Position numbers and translations under genes: made by a program. The notes under the pieces were generated by a model. It ran no database searches. It saw only the letters and a program-made list of their open reading frames with translations, and was not told the DNA's origin. A stretch of 64,000 nt of DNA from Paramecium tetraurelia (lineage: Eukaryota): positions 1 through 64,000 of the forward strand of contig CT868019.1 in the NCBI GenBank assembly GCA_000165425.1, written 5' to 3'. Below, piece by piece: positions 14,690-26,999 of the stretch (positions are counted from its first letter, which is position 1; each line of letters begins with the position of its first letter).

Positions 14690-15705
14690 TATTTTTCTCT
14701 AACTTGGCCAATTAATCTTCAGTAATTATTCCTAATAATGGTAAAGTATGCATAATGCAAAGGGATTTAATAATTATTAATTTTGCCAAATTATCAAAGT
14801 AATCATCAGTAAGGCCAGCATAATATCTTAATAATGCTCCTAATCTTAATATATGATTCCTGAAAAATTAATGACTGAAATCAATAGGGCTTAAATCGTT
14901 CCTTTAATAGTTTTAGGGCACATTTTACGAGTTAATACTAAAACTCTCATAGTGATTAAATAAAACATATTTTTATAAGAGAGTCTTTATTCTCCAATAA
15001 ATACTGGCCAAACTATAAAATTTAGTAGTCGAAATTGATAGAGATGACATGATAATCATGATTAGCAAAATGGGTCTAATTTTTAATTGATATAAAAAAT
15101 GATTGTAATGAAAAAACTTTTTTTTGAATGATGTTTCCTTTCGTTTATGAATATTGCAATGCAACGAAAATTAAAGGAAAGATAGAAGTTATTTTTAAAA
15201 TATCTAGCTTTTCTTACACCTATAATAAATTACCAGAAGAATATGCTTATATTAGAAATCTTACTGATTTCATCCCAAAGAAGAATGTAAAATTTTAACT
15301 TGCTTTATCATTTTACTGTCTTTCATCATCTGAATGAACAAGATATTCAAGCAATTATGCTTTACCTATTACATTACAAAATGCAGCACATATATTAATC
15401 ACTGCCAATAAAATTAATCCAACTTCTCTATGTTCTAGCCCATAATAGGATAGCAACTTCCAATATATAAATCAGAGCAAACAAAAAAAAATTAAATATG
15501 ATTTTCTCCTAGTCACTAAACTTCAGTAAAGAGTTTAAGGCAGGATCTTATTTATAATCTTCTTTTTTTGCATGAGCTTATTGCTAAATATATCAATACA
15601 TTATCCCTATTGAATCTATATATTATTACCTTACGAAAAAGCAATTGTACCAATTAAGAAATATCTCAACAGAAGTGATTATTCAACTTCTTCAACTTTC
15701 ATCAT
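14690..15705 (-). pseudogene. Folate-biopterin transporter (BT1/MFS) pseudogene; 3' limit approximate
   Basis: MMKVEEVEQSLLLRYFLIGTIAFSQG..INICAAFCNVIGKA..RPILLIMIIMSSLS..FDNLAKLIII fragments appear in BT1 order, but with frameshifts, in-frame TGA and loss of the PWxIKP motif. Confidence 0.7.
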
Positions 15706-15807
15706 TTTAAATTTAATGATAGCGCGCATCAATGTATTTTGATTAATCAATTATTTCTTTAGGTATATTTTATTTTATAAATAATTAAATAAATAAATAA
15801 AATAAAT

Positions 15808-15822
15808 CGAATAATCTAGAAT
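15808..15822. promoter_or_regulatory. Possible heat-shock element upstream of STI1
   Basis: cGAAt aATCt aGAAt: three alternating nGAAn/nTTCn pentamers with one mismatch, 55 nt before the STI1 ATG. A chance match in AT-rich DNA is possible. Confidence 0.3.
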
Positions 15823-15877
15823 TTAACATGAAGATGAAATTCTTTGTTTTTCTTTATCTATTTCAATAATTAAAATA

Positions 15878-17695
15878 ATGTCCACAGCATAATAATTTAA
15901 AGACCTTGGTAATTAAGCTTTCAAAGAAAACAAATTTGAAGATGCTGCTAAGTTTTATTCATAAGCAATCGAATTAAATCCAAACGATCATATCCTCTAC
16001 AGTAATAGATCAGGAGCCTATGCTTCACTGTCTAAATATGAAGATGCATTAGCAGATGCTGAAAAATGCATTTCTTTGAATTCAAATTTCGCAAAAGGTT
16101 CTTAATGATTTCTAGATTAGGTTACCAAAGAAAAGGTTTGGCATTACATTACCTTGGAGAATTTGAAAAAGCTATAGATGCATATTAATAGGGCTTAGCC
16201 AAAGATCCAAATAATGCATTACTTTCAGAAGGGTTAAAAGCTGCCTAAACAGAATTATAGGGTACAAAGAACAATCCATTTGCTTCTGCATTGAAAAATC
16301 CTAACATATTAAAACTTCTGGGTATTCTCTAGAAAGATCCAAGAACATCTGCTTTCGCTTCAGATCCAACATTTATGTAATTAATAGGTTTAATGATTGC
16401 TTAACCATAAATGGCAAGCTAATTTATGTAAACTGATCCAAGAATCTAAGCTGCTTTGTCTGTAATAATGGAAAACCCTGAAGCCTAATAGATTTTCTTT
16501 TCCGAATTTGCTGGAAAAATGAAAAAGACAGATGGAGAGAAAAAGGATCATCCTCATTAATAATCATAGAAAATGGAAGAGGAGCACACTCAAGCATAAC
16601 ATGAATAAGAGCAGGAATAACATCATCATGCTCATTCAGAATAAAGTTAATAAAAATAACATCAATAACCACCTCCAAAACCATAACCTTAACTAGAAGA
16701 ATGGGAAGTATAAAAAAACTTGGGTAATGAGGAATATAAGAATAAAAATTTTGAAAATGCTCTTTAATATTATGATGCCGCACTTTAACTAAATAAGGAG
16801 GAAGCCTTGTTGTATAATAATAAAGCAGCTGCCTTTATTGAATAAACTAAATATGATGAAGCATTAGAAGCTATAGAAGAAGGACTCAAAGTGTTGGAAG
16901 TCCATAGCAGTTTCTAAAAAAAGGCTAAATTGTTGGCAAGAAAGGCCAAAATTTATTCTCTTTAAAATAAATTCAATGAGGCTATTCAGTTCTATGAAAA
17001 ATCATTGGTTGAAGATCACGTTTAATCAGTAAAGGATGAGTTAAAAAAGTTGTAAAAGTTATAAAAGGATCTTGAGGCTTAAAATTATATTAACCCTTAA
17101 TTAGGTGAAGAGGCAAATACTAAAGGAGGTGATGCTTTTAAAGCAGGAAAATTCCCAGATGCCATTCAATTCTATAATGATGCAGTTAAGAGAAATCCAA
17201 AGGAACCTAAATATTATTGCAATAGAGCAACAGCATATATGAAATTAATGGAATTCCCAAATGCAGTTTCTGATTTAGAAAAATGCTTATCACTAGATCC
17301 TAAGTATGTAAAGGCATATGTGAAAAAGGCCAATTGTCACTTTGTAATGAAAGAATTCCATAAGGCTAAAACAGTTTACGAAAAGGGATTAGAACTTGAT
17401 CCTAATAATTTGGAGATGCAACAAGGGCTTGAAAAAGTGAAATTTTCAATCTTGTAAGGAAGTGGATCAGAAGAGGAATAATAATAAAGAGCAAAGAGAG
17501 CTATGTAAGACCCAGAAATTCAATAGATACTTCGAGAACCAGAGGTATTATAATTATGTAAATATTTAGGTAATTAATCTTTTGAATGATATGAAAGAGC
17601 ATCCTTAAGATGGATTGAAGGCTATTAAACAGAATCCTTCATTAGCAGCCAAGATTGAGAAGTTAATTGAGGCTGGAGTTCTAAAAACAGGCTGA
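15878..17695 (+). CDS. STI1: Hsp70/Hsp90 organising co-chaperone STI1/HOP (TPR1-DP1-TPR2A-TPR2B-DP2), ~589 aa
   Basis: MSTAQQFKDLGNQAFKENKFEDAAKFYSQAIELNPNDHILYSNRSGAY..; KNLGNEEYK; YCNRATAYMKL; RAMQDPEIQQILREP..KLIEAGVL; introns 16098-16120 and 17545-17569. Confidence 0.97.
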
Positions 17696-17752
17696 AATTT
17701 CTATATATAAAAGTATTGTTATATGATATTGATATTTTATAATTTCTATTTA

Positions 17753-18625
17753 TCAGCAGTAAAGTTGATAATGTGGAGTTAACATAGGATTGAAGTTGAT
17801 TAATTCTTTTACCTTGACTCCTTTCTTGTTCATTTGGTCTCCATCTGAAATAATCAAGCCTAACATTAAAATTACAAATTAAGTTTTGCTCATTTCTATA
17901 GCTAAGGATAATGAATACTTTTGGACGATTTATTCCAAAACAAAAATTTCTTTATTTTCTAAGAGATCAAGATTAATCATATTTAATTTTAATGTTTTTC
18001 TGTACTCTTAAGTGCTTAATAGTCTCTTGTATAATTAAATGCAAACTGGATAAACACTGGCTTCTATTGTAATGTTTTCAATTTGTTTATATATGGATTT
18101 AATTAAATTATTAAGTTTCACAATGCTGTTAATTACAGAGTTATTGTAATTATCTTACTATTATTCACTTGTTTCTATCAAATAAAAATTTTCCTTTTTT
18201 TAATGGATTACATTGGGGGTTTGATAAATTTTGCAACCTTACTCTAATTGCTTATCTTCAAATTGATTGTTTTATAAATGAACAAACAAGGTAGTCTTTG
18301 AATTTTTATGAGGAGACATTTTAGGTGTAAGAGTTTTAGTAGCCGGACTAATGTTTCTATTGGATTTCTGAATATAGTTTTTTTTATCCCATTTTTATCG
18401 TTAGGAGACTGGAGAGGTCGTAGATTTAAGTGGTGGTACAGCAATTGTTTCATATTTTTCCACATTAGCATATTCATTGTAAATTAGATTAAAAATTTGA
18501 TCTTAATGTTTTTGTAAATTATTCTTGCTGCAAAATTCTTACACTTTCTTCCATAAATTATCTCCTTTATTCAATATAAATTAGAGTGATTAGTTGTTGA
18601 TTTACAAATCAATTGTTGTTAGCAT
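17753..18625 (-). CDS. Hypothetical protein, 290 aa
   Basis: Uninterrupted code-6 frame MLTTIDLQINNQSLQFILNKGDNLWKKVQEFCSKNNL..HYQLYC-TGA, 873 nt. Confidence 0.75.
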
Positions 18626-19286
18626 AATTAATAATAATAAGTTTATAAAACATAAATATTATTATATAACTTAAGAGTTTACAACACTTTTATCCTCCAT
18701 ATAAGACTATAATCGACTCTCAAAAATTTATTATAAAAGAAAGCACTTCCCATCTTCTGATTTTTATAAATTAATGGGATAGTTTAAAATAATTTTAGAA
18801 TTAAATGTTATTTTATTACAAAGAGAACTTTGAACATAATACTCTATTGAAGCTGATTTCATTGAATAAATATTGTAGAACATAGTTTTTTATGTTATTA
18901 AACTATTTCACACAATGATGATTAATATTCCTCAGTAAATCAACCTATATCATCTCATAATTTATCAGTATTAATTAGTTTCAGGTATATATGAAATTAA
19001 GTATTAGATTAAATATTCTAAAACAGGAAATTAAATGCTGGTACAAGAATTCCAAATCAAAACGATTGATCATTATTAATAATAATATTAATTAATCAAA
19101 TATTATAAAATTTTACAATTTTGAATTGACTATATTATAATAAATGTTCATATTATTATTATTCCTAAAATTATATTTGAAAGAACAAATCTGAACTAGG
19201 GCGTGTATATATATAAATTTATTTCATTTTAGTATATAAATGGACTGAACAATAATAATAAAGTGAAATATTTAATTTAAAAAATT

Positions 19287-20591
19287 ATGATTTCGTTGCT
19301 TTTAGATAAAAAGGAGCATTTTAGGAAAGAAATTCGTCGACAAAAAAATGAAACGATATTTAAATAAAAGCGTGCGTTATACTAGCAGCCTTACAATCAA
19401 ATGAGCTCTTAAGTCATATTAAATAAAATTCAAAAGTTTGAATATTGTGATGAATTATTTAAGCAAATAGCAGACATGGATAATCCACCTAAAATAATCA
19501 AGGATTTGGTTTAATTTTTAAGCCAAACCCAATCTTTGGAGACCATAAAGGAAGGATTAAGGTGCTTAAATAATTAATTGTATTATTTTGATGACTTCGA
19601 CAATTAAGAAAATGAAATCTTTTTATTACTTTAAAAATACTTTTAGAATGATGATTATATATTAAGAAAGAGAACTTTAATGTGTTTGGGAAACTTATTA
19701 TATAATTGTCATCAATTCATCATTCCAGCGCAAAATATATTTTTTAAAGAAGAATTATTACATGAATATTCTGAAGAGTACTCATTTGTTACAAACTTCT
19801 TAACTTAATTTGGTAATTATTCAGACATAATAAAATCAATTTAATTTTTATCAGAAATAATAATGATTAACCCTAACGACATGGCCTTTGAATCAGTGAA
19901 ATCTATTTTTGAAAATTGCACTCCTTTAGATGCTGATGAATTGATCGAACAGAATTTTATTTTACCTTCATCAAGATTATTAATTCATGCTAAAGAAAAC
20001 AAGATTGCTTATGAAGCATTACTTGCCATTTTAAATAAAGCAAATGATTCTACCAAAATTGGTTATTATTAAAGGGGTCTTAATTAGCTTATAACTTATT
20101 TTCTCGATCATCCATTAAAGAAAGAATAGGGATTTTAGTTAATGCTGTATTTTGTTTCAAAGTTTGATGATAGTGAAGAAAATTTGGTTATTGATTCTTT
20201 ATTTTCAATTTTTGAAGGAACAAAAAAGCTACACTAACTTTTGATGTAAGATTGTAATCCTATGAAACTTCTAATTATTTGCAATTCAATAGAAAATGGA
20301 AGCATGGCTATTTTTAAAGAGTTTTTAGATTTAAATATTATTAGCAATATATTTATTCCTTATTTAAGTTTTTCGGATGACCATTCTTCTATCTAAATAA
20401 TAATTTCTGCTATTGATTCTTTGTTATAAAGAGATGAAATGTCAGGGGAAAAATTTTAGTATGTGAAAAAGGCCTTTAATAATGAATAATTTAGGGCTGC
20501 TCTTGAAAGAAACATATATAATGTTGGAGATCGAGTAGAGACGAATTCCAAGATAGACAGTATATTGAATATATTAAATGATTTTTAATGA
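19287..20591 (+). CDS. Divergent importin-alpha-like protein (IBB-like N-terminus plus helical repeats), 434 aa
   Basis: KKEHFRKEIRRQKNETIFKQKR resembles the importin-beta-binding motif; later ARM-like segments (EGLRCLNN, LMCLGNLL); intronless 1305 nt frame. Confidence 0.65.
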
Positions 20592-21073
20592 TTGTTATTT
20601 TATCTTAAAATTAAATTAAAGGGACCCTGTCCTTTAACAACTTATCTTCATTTTACTAAGTAGATTTATACAATATTTTTCTATTGGTTTAATTTGATTG
20701 CATTTAATTCAAATAATGTTCTTTAATCAAATTAACCTTGCTATCAACTTCAAATGAGTAGTTTATAATAATGCTATGCTATGCAATTAATTTAGCTATG
20801 ATTTTGAATTGAAAAAGGCAATTCTTAATCTTTTGTAGGTTGTTAAGAAAAATAAATGAGAATTTCTCATAAATTTCGTATGCGATTTCTTTCATTTCAC
20901 TATCTTTATTTGGAAATTATAAAAGATTTTGATAATATCTATTTTCATATTTAGTAAAGTCGAATGAATCAATTTAACACTTTGCATTTATCAAATAGAA
21001 TTCCAATATGTATGAGATAAAAAAGTTATTTTTTTCATTTTAATTAATATTGTTTTATAATAAATTCAAATAA

Positions 21074-22324
21074 TCAATCAAGAAGAATATCTGGGCAAAG
21101 TTCTCTAATAACCATATCACTGATTTTTATTTCCATTCCTTCTGCAACTCCGTCCTCTAGTGTCACTTCATCATAATTTACTATTTTTCCTCTAAAATAA
21201 TCGGCAAATTTTTCCAATCTCTTGGAATCAGCCTTAATTAATCTGTAGTGAATTTATCTCATGTTGATTCGATGAATAATTTAATCAGGTTTTAATCCAC
21301 ATGGACAACCTGTTTCATCCCATAGTTCACTATACCCACCAAATTCTTTTCCATGTGGTGGCTAATCACAAATGTGAAAGATATATCTCAAACTTGGAAT
21401 TTTGCTGCTATCCCTCCAACTTATTTATTAAGCTGCTACATTTAGTCCATCTAAGGCTGCTTCAGCACCATCACCACCTCCGTAACAATCTGAACTTTCA
21501 ATAGCTTTTAAAATCTGCTTATCAGAACATAAATCATGCAACTCTGTAAGATAAGTGACTTCTTAAGGAGGATGATCACGATAACACACCAATCCAAATC
21601 TCACGCTTACTTATTCGTTTTTTGATTATTTTTTTATTCTTTCTACTAACATTTAAACAGTGTGTGTTGTTCTTTCCAAATATATATCCATCGATCCTGT
21701 AGTGTCTACAACAAAAACACAGTCAACCATTCCAATTGAAGTTTGATTGGCGTCAGAAGCTACTGATATATTTGATTTAGTCTTTCTAGGTCCTTGTTTA
21801 ACTTATTATTATTGTTAGGACTAAACAATATTTTTTTCTGCAACTTTTGAACTTTTTTCTGTATCTTTAATTTCTGTTTTCTTCTCAACTTTCTTAGGCA
21901 CTTGTTTTTAATTTTTCTTCTCTATTTCCATTTCTGTATTGTTCTTTTTTACAGGTTAAGCTTATTTTTATTTGTTTTACTCAACAGGATTGTTTTTTTG
22001 AACCTTTTAAGGCTAAATAGGTATTTTCTTTTCAATTTTTCTTGAAGGGTTAGATATTGATATTTATGATTATGTTTTAAGATCCTCTTTTGATTTGTTT
22101 TATTATTTTTATTGCTTTTCTCTTTTTACTTTAACCTACTTTTACTAAACAATTTTTTTAGGGGATTCCTTTTGTTTCTTTTAAACCTGTGCTACTCTTT
22201 AAGCCCTTTATCTTTATTACACATTTCTATTTCTCTATCTTGTTCTATCCACTTATTCCATTCTTTGCAAATAATCATTTCCTTCTTTAATTGTTCTCTC
22301 CATTGATTTAGATCTTTTCACCAT
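21074..22324 (-). CDS. VWA-domain protein with a long Lys/Gln-rich N-terminus, 416 aa
   Basis: DCVFVVDTTGSM (MIDAS-like), RFGLVCYRDHPPQ, GGGDGAEAALDGL, HICDQPPHG; intronless 1251 nt. Confidence 0.9.
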
Positions 22325-22668
22325 TTAATATTATAAATAAAATATAAATAAATTTTATCTAATACTTCTTTGAATTTATAGCTGGTTAAGAAACAAATTT
22401 TAATAAACCATTTGTCAATATAATTATAATCAGATTTATATCAGATTATTATTTGAGACTTCTTGTTATTACAACATTTATACCTATTTAAATTGTCATT
22501 TATTCAAGTGATATTGATAATTATTTTTAATTATGAAAACACATCTTTTTTGTTAATCAAGTGTTAGAAAATATCCTAGATAACATAGAAAGTATCCTCA
22601 ATTTCATTTTTTATAATTTCTAATTTAAACTCAATTAAAATATATACAAATGATATAAAAAATTAAAA

Positions 22669-23507
22669 TCAAAAATGAAAGATGTTTTATAAATAATTTA
22701 TATTACATCTTTTATTAGGATCCATTTCAAATACATTCTATATTATTTCCTTATATTACTAAGGAATTCTTTTGTTTTTCCAAAAATCTTTCCAATTACT
22801 TTTTGTTATTTATATCCATTTCTAACAGTTATTTTAATTATTATAAGGGAATTCATTTGTTAAAAGCTAATACAATATTACTCCCATCGCAAATACTTCT
22901 GTTTTTTCATTAAGAAAATTAGCACCGTCTAAAAAGAATTCTGGTGCGAAGTAACCTCTTGATCCTCTTCTGCTTTTAATCTTTTATTATATTTAATTTG
23001 CAAATCCTAAGTCACATATTTTGATTTATAATGTAGAGGAATCCACTAATACGTTGGCAGTCTTTAGGTCGCAGTGGTAATAGCCAGATTATAAAATGTC
23101 ATAATATCCTTCAATAATTTGAGTAAAAATATAGTTAACGTGATATTATTCTAGTTTAAAATGTTGAAGGTATTATTGCAGATTATAGTCACCAAATTTT
23201 TCATATAATATCCATTCAAATTTTTCTTCGTCATGACTAAAATGTTAAACAAATAATATTACCAAACATAAACTATAATATATTTACTCTTGATTTTTTG
23301 GCTGGCTTAAATTTCTCCAATTCTTTCATCTTAAGTTGTGGTCTCTTTAAATATTTTGATAGCATAATACAAGTCTTTATAAGGCAATTCATAAATCTAA
23401 TATTTTTTCATTTATACATCTGCTTAAAGTCCTTCATCAATCTTTGTTAAACTTTGTTTGTTTTTTAGTTACATTTTGACACTCTCTAGTAATTTTGAAT
23501 CTTTCAT
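22669..23507 (-). CDS. Ser/Thr protein kinase (non-RD); start codon uncertain
   Basis: IDEGLQADIY, YAIKIFK, YYHCDLKTANVL, ICDLGFA, GSRGYFAPE, EVFAMGVILYQLL, DPNKRC; short introns in the 5' half. Confidence 0.88.
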
Positions 23508-23794
23508 CAAGTTGTTTAAAAAAAAAATTTTATTAAATGAATCTTTTTCATTTAAAAACTTATCGAATTTATGAATGAATTAACATAACACTAATTTTTT
23601 ATCTTTTAATTTCTAAGATGTCGACTAAATATCTACCCTTTCTGAAAATGAATTTAAACCTTGAGTATTTTTACATAAATCAAGGATTCTAACAGATAAT
23701 TGGTGCTCATAAAAGAAGTTGAGAAATACAATTCAATAAAAATTTTGATTAGAATTGTATTATAAAAAATATATATATTTTAATTTGAAATCAG

Positions 23795-24658
23795 ATGAGT
23801 GTTAATGATAATGGCTAAGAATGCAATACTTTGGATGAATAGCATAAATAATAAATGATGTAATTAGAAACAATGGGGATGATGTGTAAATATCAAATGA
23901 TTTTCACTAAAATGGATGCGGCATTATTGAAAATAGCATCAATATTGAGATAAAAGTAAATTATCAAATATAAACACAGATAAAATAACGACAAGTCATA
24001 TGCTTTATTTCAAATTAAGGATAGATCAGTCGGTCAAAAGTAATTAATAATGGTCAATGCATTATCAATAGCTTAAAGAATGAAGTTAAAGTTAAATGGA
24101 TTATTTAATTTTTGTGAAAAACATGCTTAAGAGAATTAATTTGTAGGTATTTGCAGTATTAGTAATTCAAGCATTTCATAAAATGGTAATTCTGTCAAAA
24201 GCTAAAAATCAAGAACAGAGACTCAAGGAAGAAAACGAAAAATAGAAGAAGGAATTTTTATTCAAATTGAATTAAAAGGATGAAGACATCGATAGGTAAA
24301 GAAAAAAGAATGAAGAATTAGAGGGAATTTTATATTAATAAAAGCAAAGGGAGAGTGATTGCACAATCAAATTATAATAAAAAATGAAATTGATTCAAAG
24401 ATATGAAACTGATCTTTTAGAATTAAAGAGATAACCTTCTTCAACTAAGAATTCTAATTAAGAAAATAGAGTAATCTTATTTATTATTAATTTAAGTTGA
24501 AAGAATTAGAAAATAACAATGCCATACTAAGCTTATAAATATAATAAAATTCTTAATCTTTAATAAATTTTGTAAAGGAGATGAATGAATTATTGGACAG
24601 TCATTCTTTTATATTGAATGAGAAGAACATTAGCAGCTTTCGTGCAAAATATAAATGA
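23795..24658 (+). CDS. Hypothetical coiled-coil protein
   Basis: ATG at 23795, Glu/Lys/Gln-rich heptads (EQRLKEENEKQKKEFLFKLNQKDEDID), short introns, TGA at 24656. Exon structure not fully resolved. Confidence 0.65.
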
Positions 24659-24699
24659 ATTTTTATTTATTTTGTATCGATAATTTACAGCTTGGATAC

Positions 24700-26230
24700 T
24701 CAACTAATTTGTTCATCTAACTCAGTATGTTATAAAAACTCATGAAACATTACTTAATTTTTATCTATCAACTCTGCAAACTAATGCTCCAATCTCATAG
24801 AATTCAATCCTAATTCCATAGGATAAGTTTCTAATTTGAGCATTCTGTTAATTAATTTATCATTGCATTAAATAAATCTGCCTTTTCTATTACTTATATA
24901 ATGAGTAAACGATTTGACCATTTACAATTTTTCATTCGATGGCAGATGATTATTAATGTTTACTGTTAGAAACCCAGTTTTGAAATCAACTTGCACTAAA
25001 AATTATTGTTACTGCTATTTCAATTGTAATTCTTTTAGTTGCAGTAGGCAGGATAATAATTGCTAAGAAGAAAGCTGATATTTTAATTGTAGAGTCATTT
25101 CTTCATTTAAATTATTATTGTTATTAATATTGTTGTTGGTCTATTTATTATTATTCTGATTCCACAATTATCGTGTCACATATTTATCAACTACATTATC
25201 TAGAGTTTACTTCAAATCTGGAAGGTTTTAGGTTCCTTATTAGATTATTTTATATTAATTCGAATAGCAATCATATAGAAATTAGATCTAATCAATTTAT
25301 TTAAATTTATACTTTTTATCTTTGTTATTAAGATAATTTAATTAATGAATCGAATAGATAGTACAAATTAGTTTTGCTAATAAATTTTTTGTCTAAATTA
25401 ATCTCTTATTTAATAGGTAATTCCAAAGATTCAGTTTTTAAAGAAACTTCATATACAATTCCAAATCTATGTTATTACCCAATAAATAATTAATTGATGA
25501 TAGGCGAAGCTGTGGGAGTTTCAGTTTGAAGTTAATGAGAGGTTGGTGAAATAGCAACTAACCCAGTAACAACTTAGTTTAGATTATCATATTCCACTGA
25601 ATCCAAGGGAGTAGAATTGTCACTTAAAATTGTAAATAATCTTTGTTAACCTGCTAATGGGATTCTTCTTCCATATTAGGCCAAAAATTAATTCACATCT
25701 TAAACTCTATTTCCTACTCCTACTTTAACAATTTGAGTTTACTAATCATATTCTTTATGCTGAACCTTCCTAAGATTAATGATTAAAAAAGGGAATTTAC
25801 AATATGTAAGCCTCTTGATCTCCTTTTAAGATAAGTTAAGATTATTTTAAAGCTATTGTTTATAGTCTTCAATACTATCAACATCCATTGTAGTAACTTT
25901 AAATCCATATTTAGCTGCTTTTTATACTATTTTTTTGATAGCTTCCACTTTTTAAACATAAATGATTGCTGTAGGTGTCGAAAACTTTTACGCAACATAT
26001 TGTTTCATGTTACCAAAATGAAGGTGCATTCCATCACTTCTAGCGACAACATTGCCAATAATCTAATCGTCGAACTGCTCTGTTCCATCATCTTTCTTAA
26101 AATAGGTTCTTGCTAATTTTCTGATGAATCTGAGTCTCCGAAAGTAGGTCTCTTCAAAATACTAATTCACAAAATATGAGGTTGACAAAGCACCACATAT
26201 AAGAGATATTCGAACGTATAAATTTTTCAT
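24700..26230 (-). CDS. Divergent FAD-binding (PCMH/FAD_binding_4) oxidoreductase-like protein, ~501 aa
   Basis: PTAIIYVQKVEAIKKIVQKAAKYGFKV, IINLRKV..VKVGVGNRVQDVNQFLAQYG, VTGLVAI and LFIGQQHRFGIVYEVSLK follow D-lactate dehydrogenase/GlcD motif order; one 25 nt intron restores the frame. Confidence 0.7.
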
Positions 26231-26999
26231 TAAATTTATGAATTTTTTTAATCTATCCCTCTAAGCAATGCCTTAATAAAATAATTTTAGAATTCCCATA
26301 GATTCATAAAATCATTAACTTTAAGTCTAATTGAAGAAGATCTATTGTGCTCGAATGAATTTGAAATTAAGGATTTCTATATTGTGTTCAAAAATTTGGA
26401 AACAATTATGCTCATATATTGAATCAAATACATTATTATCTAAATGGAAGAAATCAGAATGATTCTAAAGGATTAAAAGAAATAAGAAATCAGATAATCA
26501 TGAATATATCAATTAATACACCTCTAAAAAGATTATCATCAATTGAAGAAATTAATTTCATTATGAGGATCTTTGTAAATCACCTAACTTTAATCAACCC
26601 TTTTCATAATATATAGAGTTGCAATATTTAGAAAAATAAATGGATTGTAAACTGAGAGACTGTAAATTAATTAATGAGCATAAAATTTCACTTATAAATT
26701 ATAAAAAATGCTTTTTAAGAATGAATAACAATAATCAATCGCTAAGTGTATAAAACAATATAATTTATAAAAAGATGAATAACCAAATGTGATTGGATTA
26801 AAATAAATGAATAATAAATTAAAAATATCTATTTAATTAAATATATTTGAGTCTATAGAGACAATTATCTCTTAATACTGATGTATTATGAGAAATTTAC
26901 TCAAAAAATACAAATTAGATTATTTTTTCAATCATTAGATTTCTATTATTTTAACTTTAATTCTTATTTTTATTCATTACTTTTTACAGACATAATCTC

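Noticed and set aside
16424..16783. Track ORF antisense to STI1 (likewise 21301, 22112, 25856, 36416, 37736, 38936, 39617, 47173, 47885, 53451, 61054)
   Set aside because: Shadow ORFs opposite well-supported genes, with no recognisable motifs.
20730..21038. Short minus-strand open stretch with a nearby ATG
   Set aside because: The ATG frame stops after 15 codons and no family is recognisable; possibly a gene relic.
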